From the NCBI GenBank assembly GCA_015063385.1, contig SVUG01000001.1:74201-138200 (forward strand): DNA of 64,000 nucleotides, given 5' to 3'. This document shows, piece after piece, positions 12,707 through 24,172 of the stretch (position 1 is its first letter; each line of letters begins with the position of its first letter). A program made the position numbers and the translations under genes. Source of the DNA: Oscillospiraceae bacterium (GTDB lineage Bacteria > Bacillota > Clostridia > Oscillospirales > CAG-272). The notes below the pieces were generated by a model. The model searched no databases. It was not told the origin of the DNA and saw nothing but the letters and a program-made list of their open reading frames with translations.

Positions 12707-12722
12707 TGTTTCACGTGAAACA
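12707..12722. promoter_or_regulatory. parS: parS site 2
   Basis: TGTTTCACGTGAAACA, a perfect copy. Confidence 0.9.
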
Positions 12723-12738
12723 AAAAATAAAAAAACAA

Positions 12739-12754
12739 TGTTTCACGTGAAACA
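12739..12754. promoter_or_regulatory. parS: parS site 3
   Basis: TGTTTCACGTGAAACA, a perfect copy. Confidence 0.9.
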
Positions 12755-12775
12755 TTGGTTAAAAAGAGTAAAATA

Positions 12776-12804
12776 TTGACTTTCATCGCTAAATATGATA
12801 TAAT
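12776..12804 (+). promoter_or_regulatory. Sigma-A-type promoter for the histidine phosphatase gene
   Basis: TTGACT (12776-12781), 17 nt, TATAAT (12799-12804). Confidence 0.6.
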
Positions 12805-12837
12805 AATATTGAAAAAATATTCAAAGAGAGCTAAAAA

Positions 12838-13494
12838 ATGCAAAAACAAACAAAAATTATTCTCATAAGACATGGGCAAAGCCTTGGAAATGCCAATCAT
12901 ACTATGCTCGGTCATACCGACCTGGATTTATCTCCTTTGGGGTATCTTCAAGCAGAAACTACTGCAAATTACTTAAAAAATGAAAAAATTGATGAAATAT
13001 ACTCCAGTGACCTGATTAGAGCCTATAATACGGCAGTTCCACACGCAAAAATTCGTAATTTAGATATAAAAATATCAGAAAAACTACGCGAAGCACGTAT
13101 AGGTGAGTGGGAAAATCTCAGTTTAGAGCAAATTTTTGAAAAATGGGGTAGGGAAGTCTATTTTATAGACTGGCATCAGAATTTCGGCACGTTTGAATTC
13201 CCCGGAGGCGAGAGCATAAAAGGAGCAGGGGAACGCTTTTATAACGCTGTTTTGGAGATTTTGACTCAAAATCTTGGAAAAACAGTCTTAATCACAGCTC
13301 ATGCAGCAGTTATAAGGGCATTCTGGGGCATAATTTCGGAAATTTCCTGGGAAAATATTGCCTCCACCTTGGATTTTCCATCTAATGCATCGTATTCTAT
13401 AGCATATTTTGACGGAGAAAAGATAATTCCGGAGAGCTATTCTAATGACTCTCATCTTATTGACATAGGTATAACCAAGCCTTACACAAAATAA
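12838..13494 (+). CDS. Histidine phosphatase family protein (phosphoglycerate mutase-like)
   Basis: It has the RHG catalytic motif LIRHGQSLGN and a later ITAHAAVIR (His) motif. 218 aa. Confidence 0.85.
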   Translation: MQKQTKIILIRHGQSLGNANHTMLGHTDLDLSPLGYLQAETTANYLKNEKIDEIYSSDLIRAYNTAVPHAKIRNLDIKISEKLREARIGEWENLSLEQIFEKWGREVYFIDWHQNFGTFEFPGGESIKGAGERFYNAVLEILTQNLGKTVLITAHAAVIRAFWGIISEISWENIASTLDFPSNASYSIAYFDGEKIIPESYSNDSHLIDIGITKPYTK

Positions 13495-13513
13495 CCTTTT
13501 TAGACACAAAAAA

Positions 13514-13573
13514 CCGATAATACAGTACCAGAATAAAAGGTTTTTGCCTATCTGGACGTATTATCGGTTTTTT
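13514..13573 (+). terminator. Intrinsic terminator after the histidine phosphatase gene
   Basis: Outer stem CCGATAATAC / GTATTATCGG with an inner CCAGA / TCTGG, followed by TTTTTT. Confidence 0.7.
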
Positions 13574-13725
13574 GCGAAAAATGTCGAAATGTGCAAGTAA
13601 AATGGTAAAAAATACCAAAATACAGCAAAATCGAATTATTTTTCTTTTAAAACGTTAAAATCGAGTTGTTTTTGTCACCTAAATGGTGATTTTTGTTTAG
13701 AAAATTAAAATTTTCAGTAGGTATT

Positions 13726-14859
13726 TCACTTATTGAATAGTTTTTTGAAGAAGCTTTGCTTTTTAGCGCCATTGTTCTCGCCCAAAGATTCGGCAAAGGC
13801 TTCAAGTAGTTCTTTTTGTTTTGAATTAAGATTTTTTGGCGTTTCCACTGCAACTGTAATAATCAAATCACCCTTGCGACCGCTATTTATGTTAGGAATA
13901 CCCTTGTTTTTGAGGGTGAAGTTGGTTCCGCTTTGCGTTCCCTCTGGGATTTTATACTTCTCAGAACCACCTCCGAGCACAGGAACGTCAATTTCTGCGC
14001 CAAGAGCTGCCTCTGAGAAGCTGATAGGAACCTCGCAGTAAATATTATTGCCCTCGCGCTCAAAAATACGGTCAGGTCTTACGGTTATTTCGATAATTAA
14101 ATCGCCGCTTGGACCACCATTAATACCGGCACAGCCTTGGCCGCGCAGTATTATATTTTGATGGTTATCGATTCCTGCAGGAATGTTAACCTCAAGCTTT
14201 TTATTAATTTTAATTCTGCCCTTGCCGTTGCAGTTTTTACAGGGATTTTTGATTATTTTTCCCTTACCGGCACACTTTGCGCATGGGCGTTGCGTCTGCA
14301 TATATCCAAGCATTGTTTGCTGACGAACGTTGATTCTGCCCGTTCCATTACAGTCAGGACATTTCTCTACATCTGTACCACCGCTTCCGTTGCAATCAGG
14401 GCAGGACTCTATTCTTGCAAAATTGATTTCTTTTTTTGTACCGAATGCTGCTTCTTCAAAAGAAACACTTACTCGGGTTGCGACATCATCACCCTCAACG
14501 GGCATATTTGCTCTTGAGCGAGAGGAGGTGCTTCCTCCGCCGAAGAAAGAGGAGAATATATCACCAAAATCAAAGTCGGCACCACCGAAGCCGCCAAAGC
14601 CGCCGAAGCCTCCTGCTCCTGCCGATGGGTCAAAGGCATCATGTCCGAAGCGGTCATATTTGGAACGTTTATCCGAGTCGGAAAGCACAGCGTACGCCTC
14701 GTTGACTTCCTTGAATTTTACCTCTGCATCCTTGTCACCGGGATTCATATCCGGGTGATATTTTTTTGCAAGAGTACGGTATGCTTTTTTTATTTCGTCC
14801 TCTCCTGCGCTTTTTGATACGCCGAGGACTTCATAATAATCTCTTTTGTTTTCTGCCAT
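13726..14859 (-). CDS. dnaJ: Molecular chaperone DnaJ
   Basis: It has a J domain with KYHPDMNP, a G/F-rich region and four CxxCxGxG zinc-finger repeats. Confidence 0.96.
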   Translation of the reverse strand: MAENKRDYYEVLGVSKSAGEDEIKKAYRTLAKKYHPDMNPGDKDAEVKFKEVNEAYAVLSDSDKRSKYDRFGHDAFDPSAGAGGFGGFGGFGGADFDFGDIFSSFFGGGSTSSRSRANMPVEGDDVATRVSVSFEEAAFGTKKEINFARIESCPDCNGSGGTDVEKCPDCNGTGRINVRQQTMLGYMQTQRPCAKCAGKGKIIKNPCKNCNGKGRIKINKKLEVNIPAGIDNHQNIILRGQGCAGINGGPSGDLIIEITVRPDRIFEREGNNIYCEVPISFSEAALGAEIDVPVLGGGSEKYKIPEGTQSGTNFTLKNKGIPNINSGRKGDLIITVAVETPKNLNSKQKELLEAFAESLGENNGAKKQSFFKKLFNK

Positions 14860-15033
14860 ATTTATGCCTTTTTGTTAATTTAAGTAAATTATAGTTTACA
14901 AAATCGGTCTTTTTATTTATGTTATATACGCAAGTAGTAGGGCGAGCCTGAGTTTTTCTCTGAGTCGCCCTACGTGTTTTTTGTTTAATTTAAACTGATT
15001 CTAAAAAGTAAAATCAAAGATTGACTTCTAAAA

Positions 15034-16908
<1,875 letters not shown>

Positions 16909-16919
16909 TCAAAATATGC

Positions 16920-17450
16920 TTAATTTGCGGTTTTTACCATTGCAAATCTTATTATATGCTTGCCTTTTTTGTATCCCTTTTGGAATACTTCTATTATTTC
17001 TCCTTCACCGTAGGATTCATCCTCTACGTGAAGAACGGCGTTGTGAAGATTGGGGTCAAAGGTGTCGCCAACCTTTCCGAATTCCTCTACTCCAAGCTTC
17101 TCAAAAACAGATGCCGTGGTCTTGGCGGTAATCTGAAGTCCCTCCTTAACCTTTTCTCCGTCCTCGAAGTTTGCAGCACGGTCGAGGTTGTCAATAATCG
17201 GTAGAAGCTCATTTACTGTATCTGCAACTGCGGTTTCGTAAATTGCATCCTTTTCTTCTCTGGAGCGACGTCTGAAATTATCGTACTCGGCTGCCATACG
17301 AAGATATTTATCATCGTATTCTGTGATTTTTGCTTTAAGCTCCTCGATTTCTGCCAGTAGCTTTTTGTCTTGCTTTTTGCTCTTGTGTTCAACCTCGGGT
17401 GCGGATTTTTGCTCCTCGCCTGCAGGTGTGTTCTTTATTTCTTCCACCAC
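16920..17450 (-). CDS. grpE: Nucleotide exchange factor GrpE
   Basis: 176 aa from a GTG start with an AAGGAG RBS. It has the coiled-coil N-terminus and C-terminal GrpE core (DPNLHNAV...GYKKGKHIIRFAMVK), and sits between hrcA and dnaK. Confidence 0.93.
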   Translation of the reverse strand: MVEEIKNTPAGEEQKSAPEVEHKSKKQDKKLLAEIEELKAKITEYDDKYLRMAAEYDNFRRRSREEKDAIYETAVADTVNELLPIIDNLDRAANFEDGEKVKEGLQITAKTTASVFEKLGVEEFGKVGDTFDPNLHNAVLHVEDESYGEGEIIEVFQKGYKKGKHIIRFAMVKTAN

Positions 17451-17459
17451 TAATCTCCT

Positions 17460-18527
17460 TTAGTCAATATCACTGTGTCCCGGGGGCAGTGCACCCTCGC
17501 TGAACATTCTGTCAATTCCTGTTGCCAGACCGTTAAGCATCTCAATAACCTTTGAGTAATTCATTCTCTTTGGTCCGATTACGCCAACGGCAAGCTGTTT
17601 TCCACCAATATTTACGTTTTTAAATATTAGTGCAGTGTTTTTCATTGCATCGGAATCGTTTTCCGTACCGATGTAAACGTGTATGTCGTCCTCCTCGCCT
17701 GTCTTTGCGGAGATAACGTCGAGCAGCTTATCCTTTTCCTCGAGCATTCCAAGAAGATTTCTGAAATTTGAAATATCAGAATACTCGGGATATTGAAGAA
17801 GCTTCGTGATTCCCTCAAGCTTTACGTCAGCTGTGTCAAGCTCGCTCATTGTTTCGTAAACAACCTTGACCGCGGGGTGAACCATCGCACCTGCCGAGCC
17901 CATAATGGCCTCTAGCTTTACGATAATTGGCATCGTGATGCCGTCGCTTGTGAGATTTACAAGATAAATATTAAGCGCTTCTGTAAATCTTCTTAACGTA
18001 TCCTCTGACAGAGTGAAGGGAAGATGTATTTTCTTTGTTTTTACTATATCTCCCTCAAACGTCATAACCAGGAGAAAATCATGGTCGGAAAGCAGAACGC
18101 TCTTAAACTGAACTATTCTTACCTTGCCCGCGCCCGCCTTAAAAGCTATTCCCGTGTAATCAGAGAACGAGGAAGCAAGGCGAGAAACCTCGGAGAGAAT
18201 TTCATCCATCTCGGTCAGCTTGTAGCGAAGCAGCTGATTTATTTCATCAATTTCCGAACGGGTGTTTTTATACTGATGAACCAAGGCGTCGACGTAATAT
18301 CTGTAGCCAAGCTCGGATGGAACTCTTCCTGCTGAGGTATGAGGCTGAAGAAGATAGCCCATTTCCTCAAGCTCAGCCATCTCGTTTCTGATTGTAGCCG
18401 GTGAGCAGGAGATTCTCACGTCCTGGGAAAGATATTTCGAGCCGACCGGCTCGCCCCCCTCAATATGAGCGTCAACTATTGCCTTAAGTATTTGCATTTT
18501 TCTCGGGGTAAGTCGTGAATCATCCAT
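17460..18527 (-). CDS. hrcA: Heat-inducible transcription repressor HrcA
   Basis: 355 aa with a winged-helix N-terminus (LTPRKMQILKAIVDAHIEGGEPVGSKYLS...SPATIRNEMAELEEMGYL). It is the first gene of the hrcA-grpE-dnaK-dnaJ operon and a CIRCE operator lies upstream. Confidence 0.95.
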   Translation of the reverse strand: MDDSRLTPRKMQILKAIVDAHIEGGEPVGSKYLSQDVRISCSPATIRNEMAELEEMGYLLQPHTSAGRVPSELGYRYYVDALVHQYKNTRSEIDEINQLLRYKLTEMDEILSEVSRLASSFSDYTGIAFKAGAGKVRIVQFKSVLLSDHDFLLVMTFEGDIVKTKKIHLPFTLSEDTLRRFTEALNIYLVNLTSDGITMPIIVKLEAIMGSAGAMVHPAVKVVYETMSELDTADVKLEGITKLLQYPEYSDISNFRNLLGMLEEKDKLLDVISAKTGEEDDIHVYIGTENDSDAMKNTALIFKNVNIGGKQLAVGVIGPKRMNYSKVIEMLNGLATGIDRMFSEGALPPGHSDID

Positions 18528-18554
18528 ATTCTTTACCTCGTTTCTTGCTGAATT

Positions 18555-18581
18555 TTAGCACTTAAAGTGATAGAGTGCTAA
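18555..18581. promoter_or_regulatory. CIRCE operator (HrcA binding site)
   Basis: TTAGCACTT-N9-GAGTGCTAA compared with the consensus TTAGCACTC-N9-GAGTGCTAA. It lies between the hrcA promoter -10 and the hrcA start. Confidence 0.92.
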
Positions 18582-18594
18582 CGCTTGCATATAT

Positions 18595-18623
18595 AATATA
18601 CCCACTTTTTCAAGAAAAGTCAA
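18595..18623 (-). promoter_or_regulatory. Sigma-A-type promoter of the hrcA operon
   Basis: On the minus strand: TTGACT (18623-18618), 17 nt, TATATT (18600-18595), immediately upstream of CIRCE. Confidence 0.7.
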
Positions 18624-18793
18624 TACTTTTTGTGCTAAAAATTATGAATTTTATGTTAACATTTGTTTCTTGAACTCTGCAAGTGCTAATTTTTTACCGT
18701 TTTTTCAAAAAATGTGATTAATTGATTTTGGAATGTTATTTTTATCCATAATATAAGTGCTTATACTGCTAAATAATATTTAAAAACTTTTTC

Positions 18794-18822
18794 TTGACTT
18801 TGCGCGCTAAATAATATATAAT
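18794..18822 (+). promoter_or_regulatory. Sigma-A-type promoter for rny
   Basis: TTGACT (18794-18799), 17 nt, TATAAT (18817-18822). The ~120-nt leader contains the small hairpin TCGCGC-N8-GCGCGA. Confidence 0.6.
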
Positions 18823-18943
18823 ATATTATGTATGATTATAATTTTCGCGCGAGGGTTAGCGCGAGTATGCATATTCATATTTAACAATTTAACTTTAAAT
18901 CAGATAGATTACAGAAAAAGTAATCAGAAGGAGGTGTAAAACT

Positions 18944-20485
18944 ATGCCATTGGGACTTTCAATAGGTCTTATAGCAGGTGCGCTCGTTGTTGGCGCGTTG
19001 CTTGGATTTATTATCCGCAAGATATCGGCTGAGAGTAAGCTCGGTTCTGCTGAAGAGCAGGCGAGAAAGATTCTCGAGGACGCTATCAAGAATGCGGAAA
19101 ATGCAAAGAAAGAATCTATTATTTCTGCAAAGGAAGAAATATTCAATCTCAAGAAAGAGGCTGACTTCGACATTAAAGAGCGTCGCAAGGAGGTTTCCAG
19201 ACTTGAGCGCAGAGTCACCCAAAAGGAAGAAACTCTTGATGCAAAGATAGAGGGACTTGAGAAGAAGGAGGAAATTCTTCAGAACAAGACCGCTGAGGTT
19301 GAGAGAGTTAAGGAAGAGGTAAACAAGACACTCGAGGGCCAGCTTGCAATGCTTGAAAAGATTGCAGGACTCACCAGCGAGGACGCAAAGGCTGAGCTTG
19401 TTCGCCGTCTTGACAGCGAGATGCAGCACGAAACTGCACTCAAGATTGCCGAGTACGAGGAGAAATTTAAGGACGAGGCAGATGCAAAGGCAAAGGAAAT
19501 CCTTTCGCTTGCAATTCAGCGCTTTGCCGCTGATCACGTCAGTGAGATCGCTATTTCGGTAGTTCAGATCCCCGGTGACGAGATGAAGGGCAGAATTATC
19601 GGTCGTGAGGGTAGAAATATCCGTACTATCGAGAATCTTACCGGCGTTGAGCTTATTATTGACGATACTCCTGACGTTATCACCGTTTCGGGCTTCGACC
19701 CCGTAAGACGTGAGATTGCAAGAATCGCACTTGAAAAGCTTATCAGCGACGGTCGTATACATCCTGCGAGAATTGAGGAAATGGTTGAGAAGGCTCGCCG
19801 TGACGTTGATTCCGCAATTAAGCAGGCAGGCGAGAAGGCTGTCTTTGAGACGGGCGTTCACGGCTTGCACCCTGAGCTTATTAAGCTGCTCGGCCGTATG
19901 AAGTACCGTACCTCGTACGGACAGAATGCACTCCGCCACTCCATTGAGGTTTCTATGCTCGCAGGAGTTATGGCAGAGGAGATGGGCGTTGACGTCACTC
20001 AGGCACGCAGAGCAGGTCTTCTTCACGATATTGGTAAGGCTATGACTGCCGAGGTTGACGGCTCGCACGTTCAGCTCGGTGTTGAAATTGCTACCAAGTA
20101 CCGCGAAAACAAGGATATTATCCACGCTATCGAGGCTCACCACAACGACGTTGAGCCTAAGAGCGCACTTGATTTCATTATTCAGGCGGCAGACGCCATT
20201 AGCGCAGCAAGACCCGGCGCGCGCAGAGAGGACGTTGAAAACTACATCAAGCGACTTCAGAAGCTTGAGGAGGTTGCAGGCGACTTTGACGGTGTTGAAA
20301 AGACATTCGCAATTCAGGCAGGCCGTGAGGTTAGAATTATGGTCAAGCCCGAGGTTATTTCCGATGATAAGATGAAGATTCTTGCTCGTGATATTGCCAA
20401 GAAGATTGAGGATGAGCTTGAATATCCCGGTCAGATTAAGGTTAGTGTAATCAGAGAGTCACGCACAGTGGACTATGCAAAATAA
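18944..20485 (+). CDS. rny: Ribonuclease Y
   Basis: 513 aa with an N-terminal TM helix, a coiled-coil region, a KH domain (GREGRNIR) and an HD domain (LLHDIGKA). Confidence 0.96.
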   Translation: MPLGLSIGLIAGALVVGALLGFIIRKISAESKLGSAEEQARKILEDAIKNAENAKKESIISAKEEIFNLKKEADFDIKERRKEVSRLERRVTQKEETLDAKIEGLEKKEEILQNKTAEVERVKEEVNKTLEGQLAMLEKIAGLTSEDAKAELVRRLDSEMQHETALKIAEYEEKFKDEADAKAKEILSLAIQRFAADHVSEIAISVVQIPGDEMKGRIIGREGRNIRTIENLTGVELIIDDTPDVITVSGFDPVRREIARIALEKLISDGRIHPARIEEMVEKARRDVDSAIKQAGEKAVFETGVHGLHPELIKLLGRMKYRTSYGQNALRHSIEVSMLAGVMAEEMGVDVTQARRAGLLHDIGKAMTAEVDGSHVQLGVEIATKYRENKDIIHAIEAHHNDVEPKSALDFIIQAADAISAARPGARREDVENYIKRLQKLEEVAGDFDGVEKTFAIQAGREVRIMVKPEVISDDKMKILARDIAKKIEDELEYPGQIKVSVIRESRTVDYAK

Positions 20486-20724
20486 TTTGATGGATGTATT
20501 TTGGCTATAATCGCCGTTTTCCGACTAACTCGCAATAGATAACTATTGCTTCGGTCGTAAGAACGACAATTCTATCTCAAAATCCACCTAATCAAATAAG
20601 TGCAGTTTTGCACTTCATCAGAATTAAAAATGTATTAAAAATAAAATGGGGCTCTCACAGCGTGATAGCCCCTTAAAAATTCTAATAACCTCGGGTATCG
20701 CCCCGAATAGAAAAGAGAAAGTAA

Positions 20725-21498
20725 GTGAAAATACTTGCGATTGGAGACGTCACAAGCCCCTCGGGCATTGAGCATCTCAAAAGAAATCTCTGGAAATTCA
20801 GAGAAGAAAATAAAATTGATTTTTGTGTGGTAAACGGTGAGAACGCAGCGTTCATCACAGGAATTTCGCCTGAGCTTGCCGAGGTGCTGCTTCGCGCGGG
20901 CGCAGACTGTATCAGCGGCGGAAACCACACTCTCCGCAACAAGAGGGCGTACGGCTTCCTTGACGAGTGCGATTCTATTCTCCGCCCTGTGAATTTTGGC
21001 GACTCCGCGCCCGGCAGGGGATATACAATACTCGACTGTATGGGATACCGTATGCTTGTAATAAACGCAATGGGGCAGGTGCATATTGAGCCGACGCTCG
21101 ATTCGCCATTTACTCATATTGATTCGGTGCTGAAGAGAGAGGCGGGAAATTACGATTTTTCAATTCTTGATATTCACGCAGAAGCTACTGGTGAAAAGCT
21201 GGCAGTAGGCTATGCTTACGATGGCAAAATCAATATGATTTTTGGTACTCATACTCACGTACAGACCGCCGACTCGCAAATACTTCCAAATGGTACGGGA
21301 TACATAAGCGACGTCGGAATGTGCGGCGAGAGTGAGGGAATACTCGGCATGGATGCCGAAACTGTCGTGATTCGTATGCGCTCAAATTTACCGTATAGCT
21401 TCAAGGCAGCAAGTGGCAAATGCCGTGCCGACGGAGTTATATTCACGCTTGATACTTCAAAGGGCGTTGTGACAGACGTAGAATGTATAAGCTTTTAA
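20725..21498 (+). CDS. ymdB: YmdB-like metallophosphoesterase (2',3'-cyclic-nucleotide 2'-phosphodiesterase family)
   Basis: 257 aa from a GTG start. It has MKILAIGDV...NGENAA...GNH motifs, and the rny-ymdB pairing is conserved in Firmicutes. Confidence 0.88.
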   Translation: MKILAIGDVTSPSGIEHLKRNLWKFREENKIDFCVVNGENAAFITGISPELAEVLLRAGADCISGGNHTLRNKRAYGFLDECDSILRPVNFGDSAPGRGYTILDCMGYRMLVINAMGQVHIEPTLDSPFTHIDSVLKREAGNYDFSILDIHAEATGEKLAVGYAYDGKINMIFGTHTHVQTADSQILPNGTGYISDVGMCGESEGILGMDAETVVIRMRSNLPYSFKAASGKCRADGVIFTLDTSKGVVTDVECISF

Positions 21499-21534
21499 AA
21501 TGCAAACAATTATTTGCAGAAAGGTGCAAATATT

Positions 21535-23412
21535 ATGAAATTGGAAACGCAGGTTGCAGTAATAGGTGCAGGGCACGCAGGAATCGAGGCGGCTTTAGCC
21601 TCGGCGAGAATGGGCGTTGACACCGTTCTTTTTACTACAAACCTCGACGCTGTCGGAAATATGCCATGCAATCCGTCGATTGGCGGAAGCGCTAAAGGAC
21701 ATCTCATTTTTGAGATAGACGCCCTTGGCGGTGAGATGGGATATGCTGCCGACCTGGCGACCGTGCAGTCGCGAACTCTTAATCTTGGAAAGGGCGCTGC
21801 CGTTCACTCAAAGAGAGTGCAGGCAGACCGTGTCGAGTACAAGAAAATAATGAAAAAAACTATCGAGAGTGAGCCTAAGCTGAGGCTTATTCAAGCGGAG
21901 ATAGTAAAAATTACATACGACACCACAGACGGAATTAAGCGTGTGACGGGTGTTGTGACGCATCTTGGCGAGATATGGAGTGCCCCTCGTGTTATAATTG
22001 CTACGGGGACGTTCCTGGACAGCAAAATTTTCGTTGGGGACAAGGTCTATTCTTCAGGTCCGGACGGTCTTATGCCTGCTTCAAGAAGCCTCACCGATTC
22101 TCTGATAGAGCTTGGTGTTGAAATTCAACGCTTCAAGACAGGAACTCCTGCCAGAGTTCACAGACGCTCGGTTGATTTTACAAATCTCGAGCTTCAGGAG
22201 GGAGAGGAGAATCCCATTCCTTATTCCGTGCGCACAGAAAAGCGACCTGTAAGCGAGGTAAATCTCGTGCCTTGCCACGTTGTTTACACAAATAAATGCA
22301 CACACGATGTGATACTTTCAAATCTCAATCGCTCGGCAATGTATTCGGGTAATATAACAGGCGAGGGCCCAAGATACTGTCCGTCTATTGAAACAAAGCT
22401 TGTCAGATTTGCCGATAAGGAAAGGCATCAGTTGTTCATAGAGCCCTGCGGTCTTGATACCGAGGAGCTTTATATCCAAGGCTTTTCAACCTCAATGCCA
22501 ACCGATGTGCAGTATGAGATGCTTCATAGTCTTGCGGGATTTGAAAATGCTGAAATTATGCGCTACGCATACGCTATAGAATACGACTGTGCAGACCCGA
22601 CGGGAATGTACCCGACGCTTGAATTCAAGTGTGCAAAGGGACTTTACGGAGCAGGACAGTTTAACGGTACGTCGGGCTACGAGGAGGCTGCTGCGCAGGG
22701 ACTTGTTGCGGGAATAAACGCGGCTCTTGCAGAAAAGGGCGAAGAAGCTATGATTCTTCCTCGTTCGTCCTCTTATATAGGTACGCTTATAGACGACCTT
22801 GTCACCAAGGGGGCGCGCGAGCCATATCGCGTTATGACCTCTAGGAGTGAGTACAGACTTCTTCTCAGGCAGGATAACGCAGACCTGCGTCTTACCGATA
22901 TAGGTCACAGAGTGGGACTTATTGAAGACGAGCGCTACGCGGAATTTTGCAAAAAGCGCGAAATGATAGAGGCTGAAATTTTGAGGCTTGAAAAAACCGT
23001 AGTTCCTCCCTCAAGTGAAAATAATAAATATCTTTCTTCTCTCGGCTCATCGGAGATTTCAACGGGAATAAAGCTCTCCGAGCTTCTTCGCCGTCCCGAG
23101 CTTTCCTACAAGGCACTCGCACAGCTTGATTTTGGCCGTCCCTCTCTTCCCTCGGCAGTTATAAGAACTGCAGAGGTTCAAGTAAAATATGAGGGCTACA
23201 TCAAGCGCGAGCTTGCCGAGGTACAAAGGCAAAAAAAGCTAGAGGATAAAAAAATACCATCTGATATTGATTATAGGGAAATCATCGGACTCAAGCAGGA
23301 ATCAGCGGAAAAGCTTGCGAAAATCCGCCCCGTCAGCATTGGTCAGGCATCGCGCATCAGCGGAGTAAACCCTGCTGATATCAGCGTTTTGCTCATATAT
23401 CTTGGACATTAA
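21535..23412 (+). CDS. mnmG: tRNA uridine 5-carboxymethylaminomethyl modification enzyme MnmG (GidA)
   Basis: It has the FAD motif VIGAGHAGIEAA and conserved PCNPSIGG and GQINGTSGYEEAA-like (GQFNGTSGYEEAAAQG) motifs. The ATG at 21535 has an AAAGGTG RBS. Confidence 0.96.
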   Translation: MKLETQVAVIGAGHAGIEAALASARMGVDTVLFTTNLDAVGNMPCNPSIGGSAKGHLIFEIDALGGEMGYAADLATVQSRTLNLGKGAAVHSKRVQADRVEYKKIMKKTIESEPKLRLIQAEIVKITYDTTDGIKRVTGVVTHLGEIWSAPRVIIATGTFLDSKIFVGDKVYSSGPDGLMPASRSLTDSLIELGVEIQRFKTGTPARVHRRSVDFTNLELQEGEENPIPYSVRTEKRPVSEVNLVPCHVVYTNKCTHDVILSNLNRSAMYSGNITGEGPRYCPSIETKLVRFADKERHQLFIEPCGLDTEELYIQGFSTSMPTDVQYEMLHSLAGFENAEIMRYAYAIEYDCADPTGMYPTLEFKCAKGLYGAGQFNGTSGYEEAAAQGLVAGINAALAEKGEEAMILPRSSSYIGTLIDDLVTKGAREPYRVMTSRSEYRLLLRQDNADLRLTDIGHRVGLIEDERYAEFCKKREMIEAEILRLEKTVVPPSSENNKYLSSLGSSEISTGIKLSELLRRPELSYKALAQLDFGRPSLPSAVIRTAEVQVKYEGYIKRELAEVQRQKKLEDKKIPSDIDYREIIGLKQESAEKLAKIRPVSIGQASRISGVNPADISVLLIYLGH

Positions 23413-23437
23413 ACAGTTTAATGAAAGGAGTGCTACG

Positions 23438-24136
23438 ATGGATAGCGTTAATTCGCGCACCGAAATGCTTATCGGCAAGGACGGTGTGGAAAGATTAAAA
23501 AAATCAAGAGTTATAGTGTTCGGAGTCGGCGGAGTCGGCGGATACGCCGTTGAGGCGCTTGCCAGAGCAGGAGTCGGCAATATCACACTCGTGGATTCCG
23601 ATAAGGTAGCACTCTCGAACATTAACAGACAAATAATCGCTACGCACGATAGCGTTGGAAGATATAAGTGTGACGTGATGCGCGAGCGCATTTTGTCTAT
23701 AAATCCCGAGGCTTCTGTGACTGTGCATAACCTCTTCTTCTCTGAGGAGACGAAATCTCTTTTTGATTTTTCTACCTATGATTATATAATAGATGCCATA
23801 GACTCGCTTTCATCGAAAATTGAGCTTATCGCGCTTGCAAAGCAGAGCAATGCTGAAATCATTTCCGCAATGGGCGCGGGCAACAAGCTCGACCCGACGA
23901 AATTCGAGGTGTCGGATATATCCAAGACAACCGTATGCCCGCTTGCAAGAGCCACGAGAATCGCGCTTCGCAAGAGGGGGATAAATCATTTGAAGGTGGT
24001 TTATTCCAAGGAAGAGCCTGCTATAAAGGATAATTTTGATTCGGACGGCAACCGCGTGCCTGCAAGCATATCGTTCGTTCCGTCGGTTATGGGACTGATA
24101 ATTGCAGGCGAGGTTATCAAAGACTTAATAAAATAA
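23438..24136 (+). CDS. tcdA: ThiF/HesA-family tRNA threonylcarbamoyladenosine dehydratase (TcdA-like)
   Basis: It has the Rossmann motif FGVGGVGGYAVEALARAGVGNITLVDSD. The length and C-terminus are typical of TcdA/CsdL. The ATG at 23438 has a GAAAGGAG RBS. Confidence 0.8.
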   Translation: MDSVNSRTEMLIGKDGVERLKKSRVIVFGVGGVGGYAVEALARAGVGNITLVDSDKVALSNINRQIIATHDSVGRYKCDVMRERILSINPEASVTVHNLFFSEETKSLFDFSTYDYIIDAIDSLSSKIELIALAKQSNAEIISAMGAGNKLDPTKFEVSDISKTTVCPLARATRIALRKRGINHLKVVYSKEEPAIKDNFDSDGNRVPASISFVPSVMGLIIAGEVIKDLIK

Positions 24137-24142
24137 AAAATA

Positions 24143-24167
24143 CCCTCTCACCATTTAGATGAGAGGG
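24143..24167. terminator. Bidirectional intrinsic terminator (tcdA / TVP38 gene convergent pair)
   Basis: CCCTCTCA, a 9-nt loop, TGAGAGGG, flanked by an A-run and a T-run. Confidence 0.8.
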
Positions 24168-24172
24168 ATTTT

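Noticed and set aside
12691-12915. 74-aa minus-strand ORF spanning the parS array
   Set aside because: It overlaps the start of the histidine-phosphatase gene and a promoter. The translated sequence derives from AT-rich regulatory DNA, with no RBS.
18742-18750. DnaA-box-like TTATCCATA, and the question of whether oriC lies in the window
   Set aside because: It is a single one-mismatch box with no cluster of TTATCCACA-type boxes or an adjacent AT-rich unwinding element. oriC is more likely next to dnaA, upstream of the window start.
18959-20143. 394-aa ORF antisense to rny
   Set aside because: It overlaps a confidently identified RNase Y gene (KH and HD motifs). The antisense product is low-complexity and lacks start signals, so it is a codon-bias artefact.
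20635-21117. 160-aa minus-strand ORF overlapping the ymdB start
   Set aside because: It is antisense to the well-supported YmdB metallophosphoesterase gene, with no RBS and no motif.
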